From Candidatus Omnitrophota bacterium (GTDB lineage: Bacteria; Omnitrophota; Omnitrophia; Omnitrophales; Aquincolibacteriaceae): a DNA stretch of 64,000 nucleotides. Positions within the stretch are counted from its first letter, which is position 1, and the number at the start of each line of letters is the position of its first letter. The position numbers and the translations under genes were made by a program. Below the pieces are notes generated by a model. The model had not been told where the DNA came from, made no database searches, and worked only from the letters and a program-made list of their open reading frames with translations. Positions 47,543 to 57,137 of the stretch are shown here, piece after piece. The stretch covers positions 22,958 to 86,957 of the forward strand of contig CAISGE010000015.1 of NCBI GenBank assembly GCA_903884815.1. The letters are read 5' to 3'.

Positions 47543-50500
47543 ATGAAGACCATCCAGGCAAATAAAGTCATCGCGATCACGGTCGCGCTCAGTCTGGCAT
47601 TTTTCCAGATCGTCCCTGCCGGACTTGCCGCGGGGAAGACTAATCCCAGCGATTTGACTGCCCAGACGGGTGTGTCCGGTTCCGTTGATCCACTGGCCAA
47701 AACACAGGTGACGACACCGGCCGTGATTCCCGCCAATTTTTTGATGCACACAGGAGGGATTACTAAGGCGACCCCAACGACGATCCCGACGGCTGCCACC
47801 GTTGCCACGAATCTGTCGAGCAGGATCCCGGCTACGATCCGGGATTATGTCACGAAAGTTCAGGCCTTAGGATTCAAGGTAGAGGTAAGCGCGATCGCTA
47901 AAACTCAACCTCCGCAATATATCGTCAAGATGACTGATACGAAAAACTATGCCGTCACGCCGGTGGGGAACGTGAAAAGCGCCAGCATCACTCTGTTTGC
48001 CGACAGCACAGGGACTCTGCAGGTCCTTACGGAAAAGATCACCGTGACTTGCTACAGCGCCAAAGGCGGAGACACCCAGGTGAATGGCGAGCTTCTCTAT
48101 GAGGGCCTCCGGCAAATATCGGCCCAGCCCGCGTTCACCATGCTTCAGGTCAAAGTATCCAATAGCACAACCTCGGGCATGATGGTGACTTACCAGGGCT
48201 ATCAATACACGATCCAGCAGAGCAAGGACAAAAAGGTCACGACGGTCACTCCGATGATGCCCCTCGCCGTGACGAATCATATTACCTCGCTTCAGAATGC
48301 TGCGACCGGTTATACCGTGACCGCGGCTTACATCCCGGGGACTCATCCGCCGCAGTACCAGGTCGATGTCTCGGATAACAAGGCGTACTATGTTGCCCCG
48401 GTAGGGCCACTTTATGCGATGAGCTATATCCTCAGAGGCGACGGAATCGTGGACTCGAAATCCGTTTCGGCTGCGTATTACGGAATCCAGGATGACGCGA
48501 AAGTCGTCGGCCCGCTGCTTTACGAGGCGATGGGCGTCTGCCCCGAGGGACAGATATGCAAGATGGTGGCGACGAGTCCGATCGACCTTCTGAAGACACT
48601 GACGACGATCAGCGTTACAAAGGTCGAGACAAGCCCGATCTACACGGTCCATTTCACAACCACAGACGGAAAGTATTACAAGACCTACCGCGACGCGGCC
48701 GGGAAAGTGATCGTGATTGATGAAGTGGAGGCTTTACGCGCCCAGATTATGGCAAGCACCACGGCGGAGATCGTAAAGGTCATGGCCGAGCTCGCGGATC
48801 ATGAGGCAAAGCTTGCGCTTCAGCTTGCGGAATGGGAAAAGAATGTCACCCAACTGAAAGCGGATCTTGCGGCGGGGCGGGGGAACGCGGACGCAATCAG
48901 CGGGGCGGTCACGAGCTATCTGGATCAGGCAGGCGTCAGCGATGCTCTGAAAAATGAGATTCAGGGATATCTGACAAGGAGCGGAAGCTTGCTTGACGGG
49001 CTTAATGCCGCTGAAGAACAGTACGCGGCCTTTTTGAAGACGGGGGCCCGGACGACCGGGCTCGCGATAGACAACGCGAAGGCCTATCTTGCGGCTCTCC
49101 AGAATCACGAGGGGAAGGTCTCGGCCGCAAAAACAACCGAGGAATTAGCGTTGCTGACAGACCTGCCCGCCCGGAGGGCGCGGATGCCCAAAACAGTGAT
49201 GCCTCCTCCGGTGGAGGACCCGCGACTTGCTCTGAATGCGCTCGTCGAGGAAGGGAAGCTGTTAAAAGAAAAGCTGGAGGCCCTTCCGCCTCTCGCGGTC
49301 CGGGTGTTTTCGGCCCAGCTGAATACACTGCTGAACCCGGCCGGTGCAAAGAGCTTCAATATCACGGAACCGGCATTGCAGGCTGACGGGACTTATCTCG
49401 TAACCGTCAGCGACGACATTTCTCACTTGATCACGCCAACAAGTGGTTTTGAGAAAATGAGTTTCAACGTTGACGTGACGGGCAAGCTCATCCCCGCTTC
49501 GCTCGATGCTTCCTATTACGGCATCAAGCAAGTGGTCGACGGACAGCTGCTTTATGAAGGGATGAAGCTTATGGAAGAAACAGGAACCCCGGAGGGTGCG
49601 GAGGTCCGTGTCCTGGCCCGGATGGCGGCAGTCAGTGTCATCGCGGTGGTTGGTGACGCGATCTCTTTTTCTCTGACTGGAAAATATTACAAAATTTTCC
49701 GAGATGCGAATGAGCAGGTGAAGCTTGAAGCGGTGCAGACTCCGGTTACCCCGAAAATCTCTGATCAGCCCACTGGAAATCCAGAGCCGCCTCCCGCTCC
49801 GCCCGAGAGTAGTGTGGATGTTGCCACGATGCCTTTTGGGGACGGGGCAGTGGCGATCGTCAAGATCACCGATTTCCCAAGCAACAATGTTTCTTATTTC
49901 GCGAAGATCAGGGACACGAATGGCGTGGTGATCAAACAATATCAGATCGATCGCGGGGACTATACGCCTTCCGTCAGTAATTCTTCTTACGGAACTTATT
50001 ACACCTTGGCATTCAAAACCGTGGATGGAACCAGGGTCACGGTCCAACAGCTCTCAACAAGCACACCGAGCAGCACCATCGATGAAATGACCGTCGTCAA
50101 TTTCACAGGGATCGGGGATGTGTACGTCACGCAAAGTTATTCGCTCTCCCCTCAAGGACAGTGGGTCGAAACCTCTTACTCCCCAAGTTATTTTAAGACA
50201 GAAAGTGTCTGGAGTTCCAGATATAGCAGTTTGGTAAGCGTGCAATCGACTTACGTCATGGGGCCCAACGGTCTCGTCGTGAGGAACAAGAGCATCTATC
50301 CTTATTCCTATCCGGGCGGTGTTTTCACGTATCCGTTTATTCAGGAGATTACCTATGTGAATGGAGTCGCAGCCCGCGCCTCTATTTACGGATCGAATGC
50401 AACTTCGCCGGCCAATTACCTTTATTTCGACGGGTCGAAGGTCTCCGTGACCCTGGCAAGCGGTGCGCGGCAAGACTATCTCCTGAGTTCGCCGTCCATA

Positions 50501-51727
50501 GTGGAGGATTCCGAAGGTTTTGTGACGATCTCCGCGGACACAACGGTGAACGGCAAGAATTACAAGATTCAATTTGATAATGCCGGCGAGATTACGCTTT
50601 ACGAATACCCGGTTTTCGGGATTTCGGCATCCACCAAGCTCGGAGGAGCGGCCAATCTTTGGGTGAATGTCGGCGGGGATGGGAACGCAACCGTAGTCCT
50701 GGACGGCAACACCTACGCAGGGATCTTTGATCCGGTCACTAGATCGGTCTTTCTCTCCATCCCCGTCACTGGTGATGTACCCGCGCGCGAAATTTTCTTT
50801 GATTTCGAGAATGTGGACGGCGTGTACAGTCTGGTTTCTCTCTGGGATGCGACACTTTATTCAGCTTCCCTTGAAAGTGATCATGTTTATATGTTTAGGA
50901 GGGGTGAGGTGGTCCAGACGGTAGAGACGGAGGAATATTATTGGTACTTGTACACAAACAGCGTCCTGGAAGGCCAAGTTCTCCCATTGGGCGCGTATAA
51001 GTATGTGGATTCGATCACAGGCCGGAATGTATCCGGATCCATATTGTTGGTAAGTTCCGGAGACATCGCGCTGCCCCCCCCGACACTTCCCGATCAGGAG
51101 AACCTCCAGATCGTTCCGGACCCCTCGGGAGAAGGCTACCAGATCGAAGGGTCGGGTGTCATGGCCGGAGAGTCTTACGAGATCACGGGCCACGCCAGCG
51201 GAACGGATCCGGAAATGATCGGTATCCTGCTGACTTTTCGAGATGCCCAGGGACGTGTTGATCGGGAGGTCATGGAAATGCGAAGGCGAAGTGATGCGTC
51301 ATCCGAAGTGAACTATAATGAGATAATTTACTCGTTACCTACGGATATGACTTTCGAAGCAAGGCCCGCGACTGTCCCTTCCCCTGGCACAATTTCCCAG
51401 GATTATTCCGGAAATGTGCCTGTGTCAACCTGCGCTATATGTACGATTTCCACCGAAATACACGTCGCGGGCGGCTTTTGGGATCCCGTGGATGACTCAG
51501 TGCCAAAACATTCGAGACTTCCGTTTGGGATGCGTAATCCTCTTACCCCGGAACAAAGGCGTGCGGGCCGGGAAGAGTTTTACAAACTGCCCCTCAGAGT
51601 AGTGGCCGGACCTGTCGTCACCGTTGTCGAAGCCTGTCAAGCCGTAAAATCCGGATATAAACAAGCTGCATCGTTTTTTATGAGTGTATTGAAAGAAGCT
51701 GTGCAGAGCCCCACGCTCATTCCCTAA
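47543..51727 (+). CDS. Large (1394 aa) secreted/surface protein with three internal repeats and a coiled coil
   Basis: Signal peptide; Thr/Val/Tyr-rich; repeated G.LLYE[GA][LM] module. Confidence 0.8.
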   Translation: MKTIQANKVIAITVALSLAFFQIVPAGLAAGKTNPSDLTAQTGVSGSVDPLAKTQVTTPAVIPANFLMHTGGITKATPTTIPTAATVATNLSSRIPATIRDYVTKVQALGFKVEVSAIAKTQPPQYIVKMTDTKNYAVTPVGNVKSASITLFADSTGTLQVLTEKITVTCYSAKGGDTQVNGELLYEGLRQISAQPAFTMLQVKVSNSTTSGMMVTYQGYQYTIQQSKDKKVTTVTPMMPLAVTNHITSLQNAATGYTVTAAYIPGTHPPQYQVDVSDNKAYYVAPVGPLYAMSYILRGDGIVDSKSVSAAYYGIQDDAKVVGPLLYEAMGVCPEGQICKMVATSPIDLLKTLTTISVTKVETSPIYTVHFTTTDGKYYKTYRDAAGKVIVIDEVEALRAQIMASTTAEIVKVMAELADHEAKLALQLAEWEKNVTQLKADLAAGRGNADAISGAVTSYLDQAGVSDALKNEIQGYLTRSGSLLDGLNAAEEQYAAFLKTGARTTGLAIDNAKAYLAALQNHEGKVSAAKTTEELALLTDLPARRARMPKTVMPPPVEDPRLALNALVEEGKLLKEKLEALPPLAVRVFSAQLNTLLNPAGAKSFNITEPALQADGTYLVTVSDDISHLITPTSGFEKMSFNVDVTGKLIPASLDASYYGIKQVVDGQLLYEGMKLMEETGTPEGAEVRVLARMAAVSVIAVVGDAISFSLTGKYYKIFRDANEQVKLEAVQTPVTPKISDQPTGNPEPPPAPPESSVDVATMPFGDGAVAIVKITDFPSNNVSYFAKIRDTNGVVIKQYQIDRGDYTPSVSNSSYGTYYTLAFKTVDGTRVTVQQLSTSTPSSTIDEMTVVNFTGIGDVYVTQSYSLSPQGQWVETSYSPSYFKTESVWSSRYSSLVSVQSTYVMGPNGLVVRNKSIYPYSYPGGVFTYPFIQEITYVNGVAARASIYGSNATSPANYLYFDGSKVSVTLASGARQDYLLSSPSIVEDSEGFVTISADTTVNGKNYKIQFDNAGEITLYEYPVFGISASTKLGGAANLWVNVGGDGNATVVLDGNTYAGIFDPVTRSVFLSIPVTGDVPAREIFFDFENVDGVYSLVSLWDATLYSASLESDHVYMFRRGEVVQTVETEEYYWYLYTNSVLEGQVLPLGAYKYVDSITGRNVSGSILLVSSGDIALPPPTLPDQENLQIVPDPSGEGYQIEGSGVMAGESYEITGHASGTDPEMIGILLTFRDAQGRVDREVMEMRRRSDASSEVNYNEIIYSLPTDMTFEARPATVPSPGTISQDYSGNVPVSTCAICTISTEIHVAGGFWDPVDDSVPKHSRLPFGMRNPLTPEQRRAGREEFYKLPLRVVAGPVVTVVEACQAVKSGYKQAASFFMSVLKEAVQSPTLIP

Positions 51728-51954
51728 CAGCCGAGCGTGAATTAACAGAACTCCGTCGGGGAAGTTCTGCGCAGCGTCGCACAGAGTTGATTTATAAGCA
51801 CCCTCAAACGATGGTCCCAAACAGAGAGCGCCCAGAGCGGCTGCCAGCCCCATGGCAAGCGTCCCCCAGGACGTTACTCGCGCCCGGGGCTCTTGCCACC
51901 GGCGAACTCAAGGCCTTCCAATCCGAAATCCTCCGCTTCTCCGGTGCACCCCGC

Positions 51955-51983
51955 CAATTCCGGGAATTGAATTCCCGGAATTG
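51955..51983. repeat. TTCCGGGAATT palindrome, copy 2
   Basis: caattccgggaatt-g-aattcccggaattg. Confidence 0.85.
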
Positions 51984-52053
51984 ATTGGTGGAGGGGATGG
52001 GGTTATAATGCGCGCGGATTCAAAACCACATTCATCCACGAAAGGAAAATATC

Positions 52054-52323
52054 ATGCGTAAACTTGTGATCGCGTTTTTTTCTTTAACGCTTATGGCGGG
52101 CAGTACGATGGCCTATGCCGCCGTTGATTGTACGAAAGATAACCCGGTCGATCAGGCGGGGGATTGGTTCGCGACGCTCGGCAAGAAGGGGATCGAGAAG
52201 GATCAGGTCCTGTCCGCGCGCAAAGGCGATCGCGTCATCGCCTGTACCAAGCGGGAAGCGGATAAGGCCATGAAGGCCGCTGGAAAAGCCGGCAATGGCA
52301 TGAAAAAGAAGCTCGGGTTCTAA
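52054..52323 (+). CDS. Small secreted protein (two Cys)
   Basis: Signal peptide ...AYA|AVDC; AAAGGA RBS; TATAAT upstream. Confidence 0.7.
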   Translation: MRKLVIAFFSLTLMAGSTMAYAAVDCTKDNPVDQAGDWFATLGKKGIEKDQVLSARKGDRVIACTKREADKAMKAAGKAGNGMKKKLGF

Positions 52324-52353
52324 AGCCGAGGATCTCGTCTCCGATAAGTCCTT

Positions 52354-52388
52354 AAAAATGGCCTGGTCCAAAAGACCGGGCCATTTTT
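52354..52388. terminator. Bidirectional intrinsic terminator
   Basis: aaaaatggcctggtc-caaaa-gaccgggccattttt between convergent genes. Confidence 0.8.
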
Positions 52389-52415
52389 GTGAGCGGCGCC
52401 TGTCAGGCGGAAGTG

Positions 52416-55145
52416 CTATTTGCAACTCGGATTTTTTCTCTCAGTCATCGGGTCGCCGGTTTTTTCAATGGGGCCCTTGAGATCCGTGACTTGCGCGGGC
52501 GCTAGAAGGAGCGACCCCAGCTCGAAGTCCGCGTAAGGGTCAGAGACAGCGATATAGTTGAAGGTGTAGCGGATATAGGGAGGGATGGGGATCTCGTAGA
52601 TATGCCACTCCCGGTCCGGGGGGATAACGAGCGGGATCTTTTCCCCGAGGAGTTGGTCGGATTCATGTTTTAGTTCGATATGGAAGCATTGGCAGGCATT
52701 GTCCGTGGCGTTGCGGACTTTGATATAGATATACCGGAATTTCGAAAGATTCGTGTAAGGAATATACCCGCCGCGCCATCCCGAGCCGCCCGAAAAGCGG
52801 TAGGTCCCACGCAGCGCGTCCCTCTGGAAGGGAAGGTCGCCGTGGCTTAAGCGCCAGTACCGGATCAATTCCAGTTCCGTGTCATCCTGGGGATTATTCT
52901 TGTAGGGCGGTTCCGGAACGTCCGTGAACGGGAATTTTTTATAGAGGGCGATCTCTTTGAGAACGATCGTCCCTTCGCGGCCGCCCCGGCTCATTTCACC
53001 CAACAGGTAGCGCGGATCATGGATCGCCACCGAAATATAGTTGAAAGGCTTGTCATCCGATTCCGGGATTGGCGTGATTCTCTCTACGAAAGTCTTCCAT
53101 TTTCCATCCTGAGAGATTCGTCCCGGTTTGGCGGTATTCACGACCACGGTGGCAAGGGTGATGTCGTCACTTTTGATCTCAAGCTCGTAGATGCCAGGGG
53201 GATTGAGAAGCGGCAGAGTGAGCATCACATAGCGCATGTCCGCGATGCGAACGGCCTTGTCCACATAGGTTCCCCGGAAAGCCCACTGGTCAAAGTAGGC
53301 GTAATAAGCCGGGATCTCGAATTCGAATTGAAAGGGTTGGCCCGGCTGGATATCCTGCTCGAGCGTTTTCTGGCCGACGGAGCGGACATTTTTTCCGTGC
53401 AAATGTCCCGGCTGAAGATGGGCGATCACATCATAGATCTCGCCAGCATCGGGTGGTTTCTGGAAATTGACCTGGATCACCTCTTCGGGAGGCGCGGGAA
53501 ATGGCTTGGAGGGGAAAAAAATCGGCCGATTATCGCGCGTCGCCATCATTTGCTTGTACTTCGCGTGCATGAGATCGATCAGCTTGACGTTCATGGGGAT
53601 CCCGGTTCCGGGAACGGTGCGTTCGCGGAGGTATTTATTGATCTCGTCGACCACGCCTCCGCTGGAGGCCAGGAGGGTCATGCCCTTGGCGTCGGCGGTG
53701 AAAATGTCCGCATAGCCGTCCCGGCCCACGGATTCATAACCGCCGTACGGCGTGAGGAAATTTTTAAAAGCGTAGAACTTGATCAGCCAGGACGCACCCA
53801 CGGAAGGGGAGATCAGCATTGCCATGGCGGTCGCGAAAAGCACGGCCACGTCGGTCCTGTCCACTTTTTCATACGCGATCGAGTCGATCCCCATCTGTCG
53901 ATAGATCCCTTTGGGGTCATAAGCCGTGCTGATGAAACCCGGGAGGTGGTTTCTGTGGGCGTGGTCCGCTTGGGCGTAGAGATAATTTTGATAAAGCGGT
54001 GCAAGGGCCGATTCCATGAAAGGAAGGTAAGCGAGGGCCCAGTGCTCATGGAAGGAGGCCCGGAATCCCGCGAGGGTCGTGATCTTTTCCCCCGATTCGG
54101 TGATGTATTCGATCGTGGGGATTTCCAAGTTGTCCCAGGCCTCTTCCGGGATTTGGCCGTGAAGCACACCCCACAGCACGGCGAGGGTTCCCTCGAACAT
54201 GTCGTTTAGGTAGTAAGTCTTATCCCCGCTCCATTCGCGCGCTTCGGTGTCATATTGAATGGTGCCGTGAAGTAGCTTGAGCTTTGGATCGTAGAATTTT
54301 TTGTAGCTTTGCCCGTGAAGGAACTTTTGGGCCATGCTCGCGATCTTGCGGAGCTCCGGGTCACTTGAGTCCTCAAAAGCGGCGACGACGGCGGCCAGCG
54401 CCCAGGTCATTTGGCCGTTATCAAGCGAAGGGACTTTGGTGGAGGCCGGCGCAATCGTTCCGTTCGGACGGATGTCGACCCAAGGGAGAAATCCGCCGTA
54501 GTCGGGATATTTTTCGGAATAGTTCAAAAGAGTTCTGAGGGTCTGTCTCAACTTGACGGTAGCTTCTTCGGGGGTGATCTTTACCTGGCGAAGATAGGGA
54601 TTTTTCTGAATGATCTTCATAAGAAAAGGGATCATGAGAGAAAGCTTTGAGGCAGCGGTATAATTGCCGACCTCGCTGAGCAGGTTCTCCTTAAGCCGTA
54701 TCCGGATATGGTCATAAGGCATCCCGGTATGAGAGTCCATGCCGATACCCGCCTGAAAGTAAGCGGCCTCGGAGGGGATCAGTGTTTCTTCCAGAAAAAG
54801 ACGCGCGACATCGGAAAGCGGCTGGGTCTGGCTAAGGGTGTAAAAGTCTGGCTCCGAGACAATATAATCGGGCTCTCCCGTCAAGACCTCTTGCGGGCCC
54901 CGGATCATATTGGGCGGTAAGGGGCCTCGCAGCACGAGGGAGCCGGGTTTGTAATAGAGGGGCGCTGGTTTTTTCTCAGATGGCGCTCCGGGGGCTTCCT
55001 GTGTTGAGGGCTTGGGCAAGGGGATCTCCGGAGGTACGTCCAGGGTTGTATCCTTGGAGGGGGCGGCCCATCCGGTGGGAACATTCAATAGGAGGCTTGC
55101 GACAATCCAAAGACAGATTATTTTTTTTGGGTGTTTTTGGGCCAT
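52416..55145 (-). CDS. Secreted glucoamylase-like (GH144/DUF3131-related) protein with C-terminal CBM/CIA30-like domains
   Basis: TGMPYDHI, GGFLPW, SLDNGQMTWAL, TPYGGYES resemble (alpha/alpha)6 beta-glucan enzymes; two C-terminal beta-sandwich-like repeats. Confidence 0.55.
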   Translation of the reverse strand: MAQKHPKKIICLWIVASLLLNVPTGWAAPSKDTTLDVPPEIPLPKPSTQEAPGAPSEKKPAPLYYKPGSLVLRGPLPPNMIRGPQEVLTGEPDYIVSEPDFYTLSQTQPLSDVARLFLEETLIPSEAAYFQAGIGMDSHTGMPYDHIRIRLKENLLSEVGNYTAASKLSLMIPFLMKIIQKNPYLRQVKITPEEATVKLRQTLRTLLNYSEKYPDYGGFLPWVDIRPNGTIAPASTKVPSLDNGQMTWALAAVVAAFEDSSDPELRKIASMAQKFLHGQSYKKFYDPKLKLLHGTIQYDTEAREWSGDKTYYLNDMFEGTLAVLWGVLHGQIPEEAWDNLEIPTIEYITESGEKITTLAGFRASFHEHWALAYLPFMESALAPLYQNYLYAQADHAHRNHLPGFISTAYDPKGIYRQMGIDSIAYEKVDRTDVAVLFATAMAMLISPSVGASWLIKFYAFKNFLTPYGGYESVGRDGYADIFTADAKGMTLLASSGGVVDEINKYLRERTVPGTGIPMNVKLIDLMHAKYKQMMATRDNRPIFFPSKPFPAPPEEVIQVNFQKPPDAGEIYDVIAHLQPGHLHGKNVRSVGQKTLEQDIQPGQPFQFEFEIPAYYAYFDQWAFRGTYVDKAVRIADMRYVMLTLPLLNPPGIYELEIKSDDITLATVVVNTAKPGRISQDGKWKTFVERITPIPESDDKPFNYISVAIHDPRYLLGEMSRGGREGTIVLKEIALYKKFPFTDVPEPPYKNNPQDDTELELIRYWRLSHGDLPFQRDALRGTYRFSGGSGWRGGYIPYTNLSKFRYIYIKVRNATDNACQCFHIELKHESDQLLGEKIPLVIPPDREWHIYEIPIPPYIRYTFNYIAVSDPYADFELGSLLLAPAQVTDLKGPIEKTGDPMTERKNPSCK

Positions 55146-55258
55146 GAAAGTCCGTTTCCCTATGTTGAGAGATTCGAATTTTATCATGAGGCAAAGATCC
55201 GCGGGGGAAAACAATTTTTTCAGAATAAACCTCTCGATGGGGTAGAATCCATGGGCGC

Positions 55259-55287
55259 GGAACTTTTTGAGAGATGTTGAGGTCTAA
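55259..55287 (+). promoter_or_regulatory. ECF sigma promoter GGAACT-N17-GTCTAA
   Basis: RpoE-like consensus directly upstream of the ECF sigma gene. Confidence 0.8.
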
Positions 55288-55311
55288 GTTTTCAAGATCG
55301 GGAGAATATCC

Positions 55312-55959
55312 ATGCAAGAGATCGAGCGGGAACTGATCGTCAGGGCGGGGGAGGGGGACGCGGGAGCATTCCGGGAGATTTACCGGCGGGCGGCTGGGTA
55401 TGTCTACACCTTGGCGTACCGGGTCGTGAATACCAAGCCTGACGCGGAGGAAGTGACGCAAGATGTGTTCCTGAAGATACACCGGAGTCTTGGTTCTTTC
55501 AAGTTTGAGGCAGCGTTCAAAACCTGGCTTTACCGGATTACGCTCAATACGGCGCTGAATCACGCGAAGAAAAGAAGTCGCGTGACGCAACGCGAAGTCG
55601 AAGAAGTGTTTGAGGATCCGGCTACCGTGACCCAAGCCGATGCCAGGAAAGGTCTCGAAGCGGATGATACGGGGGTGCAATTGAAGGCTCTGCTTGATCA
55701 GCTGAATCCCGACCAAAGGGCTTGCATTGTTTCGCGGGAGATCGAAGGGATGGATTATCAGGGGATTGCCCGAAGTCTTGGGATCAACATCAATACGGTC
55801 CGTTCGAGGCTCAAAAGAGCCCGCGAGACCTTGATGGCCCTCGGGCAGACCCAATTCTCCATCGAAAAAAATGAAGGTCAATTGGGTCAGCCCTGGCAAC
55901 CTTCAGTGAAAAGAAGAGAGAAGCCAGGACAAAAGGAGGTAGTGAGTCATGGACTGTAA
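55312..55959 (+). CDS. ECF RNA polymerase sigma factor
   Basis: DAEEVTQDVF, FKTWLYRI, IARSLGININTVRSRLKRAR. Confidence 0.94.
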   Translation: MQEIERELIVRAGEGDAGAFREIYRRAAGYVYTLAYRVVNTKPDAEEVTQDVFLKIHRSLGSFKFEAAFKTWLYRITLNTALNHAKKRSRVTQREVEEVFEDPATVTQADARKGLEADDTGVQLKALLDQLNPDQRACIVSREIEGMDYQGIARSLGININTVRSRLKRARETLMALGQTQFSIEKNEGQLGQPWQPSVKRREKPGQKEVVSHGL

Positions 55960-56446
55960 AAAATTGAAGGACCGTCTTTTGACGGATTATCTCGACAAGG
56001 AGCTTGGAGCGATTGAGCGCGCGAGTGTGGACGGACACCTGGCCGGATGCTCGGCGTGCCGGGGGTTCTTTCGGAATCTTCAAGAGAGTGCTGTTGCGCC
56101 GTTTAAAGGGGTTCCAGAGATCCAACCGGATGAGATCGTTTGGCGCCGCATCCAAGAACAGATTGCGGCGGAAAGTGCGCATGCTTCGGGTGGATTTTGG
56201 GGACTTGTGGATCTTTTAGTATCCCGCTTTCCGTTACCCGTTCCCATGATGCGTGTGGCTTTCGTTACAGCGCTTGTTCTGGTGACTGTGGTGCTCGCGA
56301 GGTGGCCGTCCGGGTCTATACATCCGGCTTATGCCTACGTGGAAGAGCAGATGACGTTCATGAACGAATTGGGTGCCGGCAATACCGAGCTCATGAACGG
56401 AGAGCTGAAGGATTACGAGACTACTTATGAAGAAATAGGCCGTTAA
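55949..56446 (+). CDS. zf-HC2 transmembrane anti-sigma factor
   Basis: MDC...YLDKEL...HLAGCSAC, TM segment. Confidence 0.88.
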   Translation: MDCKKLKDRLLTDYLDKELGAIERASVDGHLAGCSACRGFFRNLQESAVAPFKGVPEIQPDEIVWRRIQEQIAAESAHASGGFWGLVDLLVSRFPLPVPMMRVAFVTALVLVTVVLARWPSGSIHPAYAYVEEQMTFMNELGAGNTELMNGELKDYETTYEEIGR

Positions 56447-56447
56447 A

Positions 56448-56476
56448 GGAACTTTTGAATTTAATCTGGGGTCTAA
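56448..56476 (+). promoter_or_regulatory. Second ECF promoter GGAACT-N17-GTCTAA
   Basis: Same boxes and spacing, upstream of the Spy/CpxP-like gene. Confidence 0.8.
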
Positions 56477-56500
56477 CCAAGTAAAAGGGAGGGAATCAAA

Positions 56501-57016
56501 ATGGAAAACAAACTCACGAAGCTCATAGCGGTTTTAGCAGTTCTTGGGTTGATGGCGACGGGGCCTTTGGCCTATGCCGGATCCGAGGGAGAAGGTCAGA
56601 CGAGTGGAAAAAGCTGGGGACACGGTAAGGGGCAGAGCCCGGATTTTTTCAAGGAATTGAATCTGACCGCGGAGCAGAAGGAAAAGTTGAAGGCCCAGCG
56701 CGAAGGGAAAAAAGATGAGCGTAAGGCACTGCGCGAGCAGATGAAGACGAAAATGCAGGCGCTTCACGAAGCCATCTCCAAGCCGGCGACGAAACGCGCA
56801 GATGTGAACGGGCTTGTCGGCGAGGTGAACGCGATCAAGGGGCAGATGTTCGCCCAGAAGATCGACGGTATTTTCGCGATGAAAGAGGTTTTGACGCCCG
56901 AGCAGTTCGCGAAAATGCAGGCGCAGCACAAGGCTCGGATGGACAAGATGCAAGACGGGAAGGGCAGGCATCAAGGGGGATCTGAAGGCGAGGAACCCGA
57001 GATGGAGAAAAACTAG
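56501..57016 (+). CDS. Spy/CpxP family periplasmic chaperone
   Basis: Signal peptide; two LTxEQ motifs (LNLTAEQ, VLTPEQ). Confidence 0.88.
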   Translation: MENKLTKLIAVLAVLGLMATGPLAYAGSEGEGQTSGKSWGHGKGQSPDFFKELNLTAEQKEKLKAQREGKKDERKALREQMKTKMQALHEAISKPATKRADVNGLVGEVNAIKGQMFAQKIDGIFAMKEVLTPEQFAKMQAQHKARMDKMQDGKGRHQGGSEGEEPEMEKN

Positions 57017-57137
57017 ATCCGGATCTTGCGTTTGACACCCGGCGGCGAGCATGGCCCCGGGTGTCAACCCGTGTTTTAGGATGCTTTCTGAAGGGCTTTC
57101 CCGGTGAATTCCAAACAAATCTTTTTTGTCATGCCTC

